Positions 18,761 to 28,003 are shown, counted from the first letter of the stretch. The stretch: DNA of 64,000 nucleotides from an uncultured Peptococcaceae bacterium (GCA_964569265.1 CAZMTO010000001.1:3995-67994), one strand, 5' to 3'. Translations and numbers: made by a program. Notes: generated from the letters alone by a model not told the origin.

Positions 18761-19156
18761 TTACAGACGGCCTATTATCCAACCTATAAGCATATTACAT
18801 ATAGATATTACAATGCTGGCCAAAATTGCCGCGCCAAAACCCATTACGTGGCAGCCCGGTATAAGCCAAACCACCAGCCACAGCATAAAACCGTTTAGCA
18901 CCAGCGCAAACAGCCCCAGTGTTAACACCGTAAGCGGCAGCGCCGCCAACTGCAACACCGGCTTTATGCTAAGGTTTAGCACCGTAAACAGCAGCGCCGC
19001 CACCAGCAGGCTAAACAGGCTGCTAAAATGCAAACCGCCAACCATACGTTCGGCTACCAGCAGCGATACCGCATTGGTAAGTGCCATTATAAGCAATTGC
19101 TGACGGCTGGCCTTGGGGTTTACGTAATTGCCCTTGTTATCAATGTAACCACCCAT
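18761..19156 (-). CDS. phage-holin-family-4 (DUF360)-like small membrane protein
   Basis: Four TM segments with the PLTVLTLGLFALVLNGFMLWLVVWLIPG pattern of the Phage_holin_4_2 family. The start is set at the ATG with RBS AGGGAAGGTGA (M17 of the listed ORF). Confidence 0.55.
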   Translation of the reverse strand: MGGYIDNKGNYVNPKASRQQLLIMALTNAVSLLVAERMVGGLHFSSLFSLLVAALLFTVLNLSIKPVLQLAALPLTVLTLGLFALVLNGFMLWLVVWLIPGCHVMGFGAAILASIVISICNMLIGWIIGRL

Positions 19157-19378
19157 AAAATCACCTTCCCTTAAAAATAAAGTAACCAACATACAACCAA
19201 ACACCCTGCGGTTTTAGCCAATTTATCATCTGCGCCAATTTATTTTGCTTTATTATACATATTAGGCCATTTGATGATTGTTTTTTGCACTAAAATTGGC
19301 TAAAATAAGTTTAGCATTAAATTTTATAAATTGCAATATGCGGCAAGCACCGCCGCACTTTTTAAGGAGGCATTTTTT

Positions 19379-20497
19379 ATGCAAGACCCCAGAATAACCC
19401 GTTTGGCGCAAAATCTGGTGCGCTATTCTACCAATATCCAACCCGGAGAAAAAGTTTTAATAGAGATAAACGGCGAAGCCAAAGAGCTTACCGTAGCCCT
19501 GATTAAAGAAGTTTATGCTGCCGGTGGGCTGCCGTTTGTTACCATTAAGCAGGAGGATATTAAAGAAGCCCTGCTAGGCGGCGCCACTGCCGAACAGCTA
19601 CAGCTTTGTGCCAAATACGAGGCCGAACGTATGCGCGATATGGATGCCTACATTGGTGTGCGTGCCGGTGACAACAGCTTTGCTATGGCCGATTTACCGC
19701 AGGACAAAGTGGATATGTTTAACCGCCTGTGGCAGCAGCCTGTGCATATGGACATTAGGGTGCCGCATACCAAGTGGGTAATTTTGCGCTACCCCAACCA
19801 TAGTATGGCACAGTTAGCCAAAATGCCCACACATCGCTTTGAGGATTATTATTTTGATGTGTGCAATTTAGACTACAGCAAAATGAGCCGCGAGATGGAT
19901 AAACTGGTGGAACTGATGAACCGCACCGACCGCGTAGAAATTAAGGGCAACGGCTGCGATCTTGCTTTTAGCATAAAGGGCATACCGGCGGTAAAATGCG
20001 CCGGCGAATGTAACATACCCGACGGCGAGGTTTATACCGCCCCGGTGCGCAATTCAATAAACGGCACCCTTAGCTACAATGCGCCGTCGCTGTACCAGGG
20101 CACCACCTTTGAAAACATCTGCTTTACCTTTAAAGACGGCAAAATTACCAGCGCCACCGCCGGTGAAAACACCGCCAAGCTGAACAAAATTTTGGATTCT
20201 GACGAGGGTGCCCGCTATATAGGCGAGTTTGCTTTGGGCGTAAACCCCAATGTTACCACGCCCATTTGCGATATTCTGTTTGATGAAAAAATTCGCGGCA
20301 GCTTCCATTTTACCCCCGGCGACTGCTACGAAGATGCCGACAACGGCAACCACAGCGCCATCCACTGGGATTTGGTAAAAATACAAACACCCGATTGGGG
20401 CGGCGGCGAAATCTGGTTTGACGGCACACTGGTGCGCAAAGACGGCCTGTTTGTGCTGCCGGAGCTTGCCGGCCTAAACCCCGAAAATCTGCTGTAA
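19379..20497 (+). CDS. M29-family aminopeptidase (AmpS/PepS-like)
   Basis: The N-terminal MQDPRITRLAQNLVRYSTNIQPGEKVLIE matches thermophilic-metalloprotease M29 openers. It is about 370 aa. RBS AAGGAGG lies 8 nt before this ATG. Confidence 0.75.
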   Translation: MQDPRITRLAQNLVRYSTNIQPGEKVLIEINGEAKELTVALIKEVYAAGGLPFVTIKQEDIKEALLGGATAEQLQLCAKYEAERMRDMDAYIGVRAGDNSFAMADLPQDKVDMFNRLWQQPVHMDIRVPHTKWVILRYPNHSMAQLAKMPTHRFEDYYFDVCNLDYSKMSREMDKLVELMNRTDRVEIKGNGCDLAFSIKGIPAVKCAGECNIPDGEVYTAPVRNSINGTLSYNAPSLYQGTTFENICFTFKDGKITSATAGENTAKLNKILDSDEGARYIGEFALGVNPNVTTPICDILFDEKIRGSFHFTPGDCYEDADNGNHSAIHWDLVKIQTPDWGGGEIWFDGTLVRKDGLFVLPELAGLNPENLL

Positions 20498-20523
20498 TTA
20501 TATAACGAGAGGGCGAACAACAG

Positions 20524-22188
20524 ATGACCCAACCAATTGATATAACCATTAGCTGGCATTATAACAACACCCACGGCCAAACGCAGGGGCAAGCCGGGCA
20601 AACCCTGTATCAGCTTATGCCCAAGGTAAAACCCGGCCAAATGCCCATAGTGGCGGCACTGTGCGGCAACCTTTTAAAAGACCTTTCTTATCCGCTGTTT
20701 TGTGATGCTGAAATTACGTGGTTAGACGGTGCCACACCCTTGGGGCGGCGCATACTGCAAAATTCGCTGGCTTTTTTGCTGGCAGTAGCCGCCCGTGAGA
20801 ATTTTCCGGAATATCGGCTGCATATCTTTCATTCGCTGCGCAACGGGCGTTTTTGTCGCCTTGTGCCCGGCAACGGTATGCCGCAATTATCTGCCAATGA
20901 TATTGAAAAGCTGCGGCAGGCAATGCTGGCTTTGGCCAAAGCCAACCTGCCCATAACCAAAACGCGCCTTACCCGCACCGATGCTGTAAACTATTTTCGG
21001 CAGGCAGGCGATACCTACAAGGCACAAACGCTGGCCGAACTGCCCGACAAGCAAATTACCCTGCATACCCTGCGCGGCGTAACGCGGCATATGTTCAGCA
21101 AGCTGGTGCCCAACACCGGCCTGCTTACCGATTTTAACCTTGCCCCCTTTGAGGACGGCTTTATTTTGGCTGATGCTGCCGCCCAACCGCTGGCCTACCC
21201 CAAAACGCTTAATGCCACCCTGCGTGACTACGATACCTGGATGCATACGCAGGGCGTGCGCTATTGCCCCGATTTAAATAACTATATACACCGCGACGAT
21301 TTTAACAGCCTGGTTATTATGGCCGAAAACAAACAAACCCGCAACTTGCAGGATATTGCCGATGATATAAGGGCGGCTTTTCCGCGGGTGCGGCTGGTGC
21401 TTATTGCCGGGCCAAGCAGCAGCGGCAAAACATCGTTTTGCAACCGTTTGGCCATAGAGCTGCGCAGCCTTGGTTTAAAGCCCATAACACTTTCTATGGA
21501 CAATTATTTTCGCAATAATGCCGATTTACCGCCTGCCGACGACGGTCTGCCGGACTTTGAAGCCGTAAGTGCCATAGATATTCCGCTGTTTAACCAACAA
21601 CTAAAGCAAATGCTGGCCAACCAACCGGTTAATATGCCCGTGTTTGATTTTTTGACCGGCAGCCGCAGCCAACGCACCATACCCGTGCAGCTTACCGACG
21701 ACCATATTTTGCTGGTGGAGGGCATACACGGCCTTAATGATACCCTTACCGACGAGATACCGGCCGCCAACAAGCTTAAAATTTATATATCCTGTATGAC
21801 GGCGCTTAATATGGATGACCTTACGTCGATTTCTACCAGCGATAACCGCGAAATACGCCGTTTGGTGCGCGATGTTAAGTTTAGGGGTATATCAGCCGAA
21901 AAAACCCTGCTTACCTGGCAAAAAGTGCGCCGAGGAGAAGAAAAAAACATCTTTCCGTATCAGGATGCGGCAGATTTTTACTTTAACACCTCGCTTGCCT
22001 ACGAATTTTCTCTGTTGGCGCCGCTTATAAAACCCAAGCTTACCGAAATAAGCGAACATAGCCCCGCTTACCCGGAGGCTCAGCGCCTGCTTAGTTTGGT
22101 AAACTGCTTTGCGGCCGGCAATGCCACCGCCGTGCCGGCGTATTCTCTGTTGCAGGAATTTTTAGGTAACAGCATTTTTGAGGTATAG
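20524..22188 (+). CDS. uridine/nucleoside kinase-family protein with a ThrRS-N-terminal-like (TGS/second-additional-domain-like) extension
   Basis: C-terminal P-loop LIAGPSSSGKTSF...LSMDNYF, as in Udk/PRK. The N-terminal roughly 270 aa resemble the ThrRS N-terminal region (...GRRILQNSLAFLLAVAARENFP...). Confidence 0.55.
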   Translation: MTQPIDITISWHYNNTHGQTQGQAGQTLYQLMPKVKPGQMPIVAALCGNLLKDLSYPLFCDAEITWLDGATPLGRRILQNSLAFLLAVAARENFPEYRLHIFHSLRNGRFCRLVPGNGMPQLSANDIEKLRQAMLALAKANLPITKTRLTRTDAVNYFRQAGDTYKAQTLAELPDKQITLHTLRGVTRHMFSKLVPNTGLLTDFNLAPFEDGFILADAAAQPLAYPKTLNATLRDYDTWMHTQGVRYCPDLNNYIHRDDFNSLVIMAENKQTRNLQDIADDIRAAFPRVRLVLIAGPSSSGKTSFCNRLAIELRSLGLKPITLSMDNYFRNNADLPPADDGLPDFEAVSAIDIPLFNQQLKQMLANQPVNMPVFDFLTGSRSQRTIPVQLTDDHILLVEGIHGLNDTLTDEIPAANKLKIYISCMTALNMDDLTSISTSDNREIRRLVRDVKFRGISAEKTLLTWQKVRRGEEKNIFPYQDAADFYFNTSLAYEFSLLAPLIKPKLTEISEHSPAYPEAQRLLSLVNCFAAGNATAVPAYSLLQEFLGNSIFEV

Positions 22189-22276
22189 ATAACAGGTGTT
22201 CCTCTAATAATAGGCTTAGACCAATTTTTTGACGGAATTTTCGGCAAACAGCTAACCTATATCAGGAGGACACATT

Positions 22277-22609
22277 ATGAAAAAGCTAACAAGCCTGCTG
22301 CTGGCTGCCCTGCTTGTGGGCGCACTGGCCGGCTGCGGCACCGATGACACTACCACCGGTGGTTCTACAGGCACCAACACCGGCACTATAAGCGGCAATT
22401 CTCTGCCTAACACCACCAACACCGGTATGAACACCGACAGTATGGGCGATTATCTTAATAATAACGCCCCTAACACCAAATACCGCGCAAATGGTATGGG
22501 CGCCGATTACGAACCCACCGGCAATGCGCTAACCGGCAAAAACTACGCCGACAGCGATTATCAGCACAGCGGCGTTACCGGGGCCAACAGTGTAAAGGCC
22601 GATATGTAA
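22277..22609 (+). CDS. small secreted lipoprotein, Thr/Gly/Asn-rich
   Basis: Signal peptide plus lipobox LAGC (MKKLTSLLLAALLVGALAGCG), followed by a low-complexity T/G/N region. Confidence 0.7.
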   Translation: MKKLTSLLLAALLVGALAGCGTDDTTTGGSTGTNTGTISGNSLPNTTNTGMNTDSMGDYLNNNAPNTKYRANGMGADYEPTGNALTGKNYADSDYQHSGVTGANSVKADM

Positions 22610-22640
22610 GCCGGTTTGCACGCCAAATTTAACGCAATTT

Positions 22641-22680
22641 AAAAGGCAGCCAACCCCGCTTGGGGGGCGCTGCCTTTTGT
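22641..22680. terminator. bidirectional intrinsic terminator between the lipoprotein gene (+) and ilvN (-)
   Basis: AAAAGGCAGC...GCTGCCTTTT stem containing an inner CCCCGCTTGGGG, with an A-run 5-prime and a T-run 3-prime. Confidence 0.65.
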
Positions 22681-22698
22681 ATATTTATGCATTTTTAA

Positions 22699-23202
22699 TT
22701 AAAGCTCGTCGGTAAAGCTTACCGGCAAAATGCTAAGGCTAATTTCACCGGTACGTATAATTTCAATAATGCCATACTTCTTCATCAGCTCGCAAAACGA
22801 GTCGATTTTTTTACTGTCGTTAGTTATTTCAATAACCATCGCTTCGGCATTAAAGTCTATAATACGGCCCATAAACACGTTTACCAGGCTCATAATTTCC
22901 TGTCGGTATTCGTCAGACGTGCGAATTTTTATCAGCGCCAGCTCACGGCTCATAGATGCTGCCTTAGACAAATGCACCACGCGGTATACCTGCACCAGCT
23001 TTTCTATCTGCGCCATTATCTGTTCAAGCTGCCAGTCCTCGTCTATCTGCACCACCAGCGATATCCGTGTGATATTGGGTTTTTCGGTTTTAGATGCCGC
23101 AATAGATTCGATATTGTAGCCACGGCGCGATATAAGGCCGGAAACGTGGGTTAAAACACCGGGGCTGTCTTCTACCAAAACGGCAAGCTGCTTTCTCTTC
23201 AT
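22699..23202 (-). CDS. ilvN: acetolactate synthase small (regulatory) subunit
   Basis: ACT domain opener LAVLVEDSPGVLTHVSGLISRRGYNIESI. The ATG overlaps the ilvB stop (TGATG). Confidence 0.9.
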   Translation of the reverse strand: MKRKQLAVLVEDSPGVLTHVSGLISRRGYNIESIAASKTEKPNITRISLVVQIDEDWQLEQIMAQIEKLVQVYRVVHLSKAASMSRELALIKIRTSDEYRQEIMSLVNVFMGRIIDFNAEAMVIEITNDSKKIDSFCELMKKYGIIEIIRTGEISLSILPVSFTDEL

Positions 23203-24887
23203 CAATAATCGCCCCCTTCAAACACCATTTCCGACAATGAGCTGCCGGGTGCCACCATAGGCATAACGTTTTCCATATCATCCACCAGCACCTCTATAAC
23301 CACCGGGCCGGGGGTAGCCTGCGCCTTTTTAAGGCCCGCTGCCACATCCTCGGGTTTTTCTATGGTTATACCGGTACAGCCCATAACCTCGCCCAAGGCG
23401 GCAAAGCTCATTTTAAATTCGTGCTTGCTGGCCGACATACGGTTGTTAAAAAACATACGCTGCCACTGGCGCACCATACCAAGGCCGCTGTTATTAAGCA
23501 CCAGCACCTTTACCGGCAGTTTTTCTTCGGCAAGGGTTGCCATTTCCTGGCAGTTCATCATAATGCTGCCGTCCGACGATATTATCCAAACCTCTTTATC
23601 ACCGGCAGCAAACGCTGCACCCATAGCAGCCGGCAAACCATAGCCCATAGTGCCAAGGCCGCCGCTGGTTAAAAAGGTACGCGGGTATTTAAAGTCCATA
23701 TATTGCGCCGTCCACATTTGATGCTGCCCAACGTCGGTGGCAATAATTGCTTCGCCGTGGCCGGTCAAATCATTAAGCGCCTGCAAAACAGCTTCGGGCT
23801 TAATAACACTGTCAGATGCTTCGTAGCTCATCGGGTGTTCGGCCTTCCACTTTTGGCAATTTGCGTGCCATTCGTCTAAATTGGCGGTTTTAGCCTCTTT
23901 AAGCAGCTCTAAAGACCATTTTAAGTCACCGGCCAGGCGGTAATCTACCCGCACATTTTTATTAAACTCGGCCGGGTCAACGTCTAAATGCACCACACGT
24001 GCCCCCGCCGCAAAGGTATTAAGCGTGCCGGTAACACGGTCATCAAAGCGCACACCCGCACCAATAAGCAAATCGGCGTGCTGCACTGCCATATTTGCCG
24101 CGTAGGTACCGTGCATACCCAGCATACCCAAATGCAGCTCATCTTGGGTGGGGTAGGCCGTTAAACCCATAAGGCTGGCCACCACCGGTATTTTGGTGCG
24201 GTTCACAAATTCGGCAATTTCTTCGGCGGCATTGGCGCTTATAACACCGCCGCCAATAAACAGCACCGGGCTGTGGCTGCGGCCGATAACGTCAATAATG
24301 GCCTGTAAATCGGCGATGCTGCCTTCTAATTTAGGCTGGTAGCTCCATTTTAAGTCGGCCAAATTCGTCGAATAATCAAATTCGCCCTCCTCCAGCAAAA
24401 TATCCTTGGGGATATCTACTACCACCGGGCCAGGGCGGCCGGTGCGGGCAATATAAAAGGCCTTTTTTAACACCAACGACAAATCGTTGACATCCTGCAC
24501 CAAAAAATTGTGCTTGGTTATAGGCGTGGTAATGCCCATAATATCAGCTTCCTGAAAACTGTCTTTACCGATAGAAGCCCGCGGCACCTGACAGGTTATG
24601 CACACCATCGGTATAGAATCCATATTGGCAGTGGCAATACCGGTTATAAGGTTGGTAGCCCCCGGGCCTGACGTTGATACGCAAACACCCACCTTGCCGC
24701 TGCTGCGCGCATAACCGTCGGCTGCGTGTACAGCGCCTTGTTCGTGGCGTGTTAAAACGTGCTTTAAACCACTGTCGTAAATTGCATCATACAAGGGCAA
24801 TGCCTGGCCGCCCGGATACCCGAAAATAGTTTCGATACCCTCGGCCTTTATTGCCTCTACTACCATTTTTGCACCGCTTAATCGCAT
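23202..24887 (-). CDS. ilvB: acetolactate synthase large subunit
   Basis: 561 aa TPP enzyme with IFGYPGG and GPGATN motifs. RBS AAGGAGG lies 7 nt upstream. The start lies inside the last codons of scfB. Confidence 0.92.
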   Translation of the reverse strand: MRLSGAKMVVEAIKAEGIETIFGYPGGQALPLYDAIYDSGLKHVLTRHEQGAVHAADGYARSSGKVGVCVSTSGPGATNLITGIATANMDSIPMVCITCQVPRASIGKDSFQEADIMGITTPITKHNFLVQDVNDLSLVLKKAFYIARTGRPGPVVVDIPKDILLEEGEFDYSTNLADLKWSYQPKLEGSIADLQAIIDVIGRSHSPVLFIGGGVISANAAEEIAEFVNRTKIPVVASLMGLTAYPTQDELHLGMLGMHGTYAANMAVQHADLLIGAGVRFDDRVTGTLNTFAAGARVVHLDVDPAEFNKNVRVDYRLAGDLKWSLELLKEAKTANLDEWHANCQKWKAEHPMSYEASDSVIKPEAVLQALNDLTGHGEAIIATDVGQHQMWTAQYMDFKYPRTFLTSGGLGTMGYGLPAAMGAAFAAGDKEVWIISSDGSIMMNCQEMATLAEEKLPVKVLVLNNSGLGMVRQWQRMFFNNRMSASKHEFKMSFAALGEVMGCTGITIEKPEDVAAGLKKAQATPGPVVIEVLVDDMENVMPMVAPGSSLSEMVFEGGDY

Positions 24888-26236
24888 AGCTCCGCCTCCT
24901 TAACTGCCAGCCAAATTGCACATTCTAAGCGCATTTGGCTAATTGCACAGCCCAGCTCGTAGGGCTGCATAATATCGTGATGAAACAAATCGGCATTAGC
25001 ATGACAGCCGCCGCTGCAAAAAAACCGCGCCCAACAGGTTTGGCAGGGCTTTTTGTTATAAACGTGCGCATTGCGGAACTTGTCTACCAGCTCTTTAGAG
25101 CCGGGCCACACGCCTTCATCTACCGTGCCCAGCTTATATTCTTCTCGGCCGACAAACTGGTGGCAGGGGTACAAATCACCCTCGGGTGTTACCACCATAT
25201 ATTCATAACCGGCACCGCAGCCGGTAAGCCGCTTGGGCAGGCACGGGCCATGCTTTAAATCTAACTTAAAGTGAAAGAAGTCAAACGGTTTGCCTGCCTC
25301 ACGTCTGTCCTCAAACAGGTGGGCCAGTTTCCAGTATTCTTCTTTAAGCTGCGGCAGATCATCTTCGGTAAGCTTGCGCGGGCCATAAAGCTCCACCGCC
25401 GGCTCCATAGAAAGCCGCGGAAAACCAAGCTCCAGCCAGTGTTCTATATCTGCACAAAAATCCTTGTTATATGCCGTGTAGGTGCCGCGCACAATGGCAT
25501 TGTTGCGGCTGTTCTGCGCCAAAAACGCCTTAATATTTTCCGTAACCTGCTCGTAGCTGCCGCTGCCGTCCGGGAACACCCTCTGGCGGTCGTGAACTTC
25601 GGGGCGGCCATCGTGGCTAAGCACCACGCTAACGGCGTTTTCTTCGGCCCAGGCGTCAATTTCGGGCGTTAAACCCACACAGTTGGTGGTAAAAGTAAAG
25701 CGGAAGGTTTTGCCATACTGCTTTTCGCGTTCTCGGCCGTAGGCCACCAGTTGCTTTACCACATCAATATTCAGCAGCGGTTCGCCGCCAAAAAAGTCTA
25801 TTTCTAAAAATTTCCGCAGGCCGCTGTGTTCCAAAACATAATCCAGCGCTTTAGCACCGGTTTCAAAGCTCATCATAGAACGGTGACCGCCAAAGCTGCC
25901 GGTAGAAGCAAAACAGTAACGGCAACGCAGGTCGCAATCGTGGCAAATATTTAAGCACAACGACTTTAATACCGGCGCCGGCGGAATATACTTGCCCTCG
26001 TAAGCATCATTGGTAAACAACAGTCCCTGCTCTTTTAATTCCAGCAGTTCAGCGGCAATTTCCTGCTCGTCGGCCGTCAGGGCTTCGGCCTGTGCCAGCT
26101 TGTTTAACACCGCCGCCGTTGCATCATCTATCCGCATAACCGAACCGCTGTTAATGTCCAGCAGCAGCCAACCGTCCGGCACGCTAAACCAGTGCAAAAG
26201 CTGCAAATCGTCCGGCTTTATCTGCGTATTATTCAT
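24878..26236 (-). CDS. scfB: radical SAM/SPASM peptide maturase (SCIFF maturase ScfB-type, thioether-forming)
   Basis: CxxxCxxC radical SAM motif (CHDCDLRCRYC), a C-terminal SPASM Cys cluster (CQTCWARFFCSGGCHANAD), and a position immediately downstream of a SCIFF precursor gene. Confidence 0.85.
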   Translation of the reverse strand: MNNTQIKPDDLQLLHWFSVPDGWLLLDINSGSVMRIDDATAAVLNKLAQAEALTADEQEIAAELLELKEQGLLFTNDAYEGKYIPPAPVLKSLCLNICHDCDLRCRYCFASTGSFGGHRSMMSFETGAKALDYVLEHSGLRKFLEIDFFGGEPLLNIDVVKQLVAYGREREKQYGKTFRFTFTTNCVGLTPEIDAWAEENAVSVVLSHDGRPEVHDRQRVFPDGSGSYEQVTENIKAFLAQNSRNNAIVRGTYTAYNKDFCADIEHWLELGFPRLSMEPAVELYGPRKLTEDDLPQLKEEYWKLAHLFEDRREAGKPFDFFHFKLDLKHGPCLPKRLTGCGAGYEYMVVTPEGDLYPCHQFVGREEYKLGTVDEGVWPGSKELVDKFRNAHVYNKKPCQTCWARFFCSGGCHANADLFHHDIMQPYELGCAISQMRLECAIWLAVKEAELCD

Positions 26237-26344
26237 AATATGTATCCCAACCTTACTTTAAATATCTTAAAAATATATAACCAAATTTTGGCCATAAAAA
26301 AGCAAACGAGGGCGCTTAAAGCACCCCCGCAGTTTCTGCAAAAG

Positions 26345-26485
26345 TTATTTTTCGCAGGCCTGATTGCCAACCGTGCAAGAGGTTTTGCAAGCAGACTGGC
26401 AGGAGCTTTGGCAGTTGCCGCAGCCGCCGTTTTTAGCGTTTTCCTGCAATTTCCCTTTAAAAATGACCTGAATATGCTTAGCCAT
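26345..26485 (-). CDS. scfA: six-cysteine peptide SCIFF (ranthipeptide precursor)
   Basis: The 46-aa product MAKHIQVIFKGKLQENAKNGGCGNCQSSCQSACKTSCTVGNQACEK matches the SCIFF signature GGCGxCQxSCQSACKTSCTVxNQxCE. RBS GGGAGGA lies 7 nt upstream. It is internal to the listed 77-aa ORF. A promoter TTGAAG-17-TATACT lies upstream and a hairpin plus T-run lies between scfA and scfB. Confidence 0.88.
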   Translation of the reverse strand: MAKHIQVIFKGKLQENAKNGGCGNCQSSCQSACKTSCTVGNQACEK

Positions 26486-26695
26486 GATCATTCCTCCCAT
26501 ATATTTGGGGGTAGCCCCCGCAAAATTTTGCCAACAAAGCCCCAAACGGGCAACTTTGTAGTAGATTAAGTATAACATAATTTTAAGGCGGCTTCAAGGG
26601 CTTTTGTGCGGTTTTTGTTATTTAGCCTGCACAGGCTTGGCAAATTATGCATAACCTGTACTATAAACCAAAAAAAACACAAGGAGGGCTTGATT

Positions 26696-26860
26696 ATGGC
26701 CTGTATAAATAACTGCCCGTGTAACTTTAATAGCTGTAATAACTGTAATAGTTGTAATAGCTGCGGCTGTGGCTGCAACCGCCGCCGTACCTGCGATTTT
26801 TCTAATCTGGGTATTTGGGGCAACACCTGGCCTATAGGCGGTGTTTGCTGTAGGCGTTAG
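26696..26860 (+). CDS. Cys-rich small protein 1 (54 aa, 12 Cys), unknown family
   Basis: MACINNCPCNFNSCNNCNSCNSCGCGCNRRRTCDFSNLGIWGNTWPIGGVCCRR. A strong RBS AAGGAGGG lies 7 nt before the ATG, with an upstream TTGGCA-17-TACTAT promoter. It is internal to listed ORF 26606..26860. Confidence 0.6.
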   Translation: MACINNCPCNFNSCNNCNSCNSCGCGCNRRRTCDFSNLGIWGNTWPIGGVCCRR

Positions 26861-26965
26861 GCATTATTTTTGGTAATAACAATGCCGGGCAGCAATTTGC
26901 TGGCACCAACAGGCGTTGTTGTTCATAAATATAACTAACAACAATATTAAAGGAGGTCACAAATT

Positions 26966-27229
26966 ATGCTTACCAATTCTATCTTCGGCTCTTGTAATTC
27001 CTGTGGGTGCGGCAGTTGCGGCAATAGCTGCGGCTGCAATAGCTGCGGCAACGGTGTTTTGGGCACCAACACCGGCAGTTGCGGGTGTGGCTGCGGCAGT
27101 TGGGGCGGCAACCTCGGCTGTTCGGCGTTTAACTTTGTAGGAGATTGGGTAAATATTGTGGTAACCTTAACCGTTTTGCAGAGCATTTTGGGTTTGGTGT
27201 GCAACTGGAACTGCGGCTGCAACAACTAA
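26966..27229 (+). CDS. Cys-rich small protein 2 (87 aa, 14 Cys), a paralog of protein 1
   Basis: CNSCGCGSCGNSCGCNSC and SCGCGCGS motifs shared with protein 1, plus a hydrophobic Trp-containing C-terminal segment and a terminal CNWNCGC. RBS AAAGGAGG lies 9 nt before the ATG. Confidence 0.6.
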   Translation: MLTNSIFGSCNSCGCGSCGNSCGCNSCGNGVLGTNTGSCGCGCGSWGGNLGCSAFNFVGDWVNIVVTLTVLQSILGLVCNWNCGCNN

Positions 27230-27307
27230 ACAATGCAAGGTTAGCTTAGCTTTGGGGGACGGCTGCCCACGCGGCCGCCCCTATTGCTTACAGAGGAGGA
27301 ATTTTTG

Positions 27308-28003
27308 ATGAACAAACAGGAGCTTATAGACTGCCTGCTGGATTGCAGCCGACGTTTGGCGCAGTTGGCCGAACATTTGCAAAATTGGCAGCCACCGGAC
27401 GAAGCTGCCCCCACCGATATTGCTGCCGACACCATAGCTAAAGCGGTTGCAGAAGCTGCGCCCGATGAAGCTGTTGATACTGTTAATGATGCTGTTATTG
27501 ATGTTAATACTATTGATGTTGATACAGCGGCACCGCCCGCCCCAACCGTAAGGGCCAGCGCAGCCAACCCGTTTGCCCGCCTGTTTGCCGGGCTAAACCC
27601 CGGCGGCACCAACCTGCCGACAGGCAGCAACCCGTTTAATCTGCTTAATATGCTGGGTGGCGGTATGCCCGGCCTTGGCAGCGGCAACCTGCCCACTACC
27701 CTGGCCGAACTGCACGACAACCCGCAAATTATGAACATTTTAAGCCAGGTAGCCGGTAACCCGCAAAGCCTTAATATGTTATCTTCGCTTACGGGGCAAA
27801 GCCCGGCAGCCCTGCAAGGGGCACTAAACAGCTTGCAGCCCACGGCAGCAGCTACACCGGCAGCAGCTACACCGGCAGCACCCGCGCCTATACCTGCGGC
27901 AGCGGCAGCCCCTATGCCGGCAGTACCATCGGCAACTGCCCACTTAGATAACCTGCTGGCCGAATGGCACTGGGGGCCATATGCCCGCGTTTGGGCACGC
28001 TAA
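27308..28003 (+). CDS. Ala/Pro/Asn-rich low-complexity protein, hypothetical
   Basis: 232 aa from the ATG at 27308 (RBS GGAGG). It has an N-terminal Cys pair (DCLLDC), a central NPF/GGxMPGLG repeat region and an Ala-Pro-rich tail. Its function cannot be assigned. Confidence 0.45.
   Translation: MNKQELIDCLLDCSRRLAQLAEHLQNWQPPDEAAPTDIAADTIAKAVAEAAPDEAVDTVNDAVIDVNTIDVDTAAPPAPTVRASAANPFARLFAGLNPGGTNLPTGSNPFNLLNMLGGGMPGLGSGNLPTTLAELHDNPQIMNILSQVAGNPQSLNMLSSLTGQSPAALQGALNSLQPTAAATPAAATPAAPAPIPAAAAAPMPAVPSATAHLDNLLAEWHWGPYARVWAR

Noticed and set aside
26566-27843. Several ORFs (26566..26826 -, 26916..27140 +, 26947..27225 -, 27241..27843 -) with Gln/Leu/Pro or Ala repeats
   Set aside because: They are alternative or antisense readings of the TGC/GGC-rich Cys-peptide genes and the GCN-rich Ala/Pro gene. 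They have no RBS, and periodic low-complexity translation is typical of shadow ORFs.
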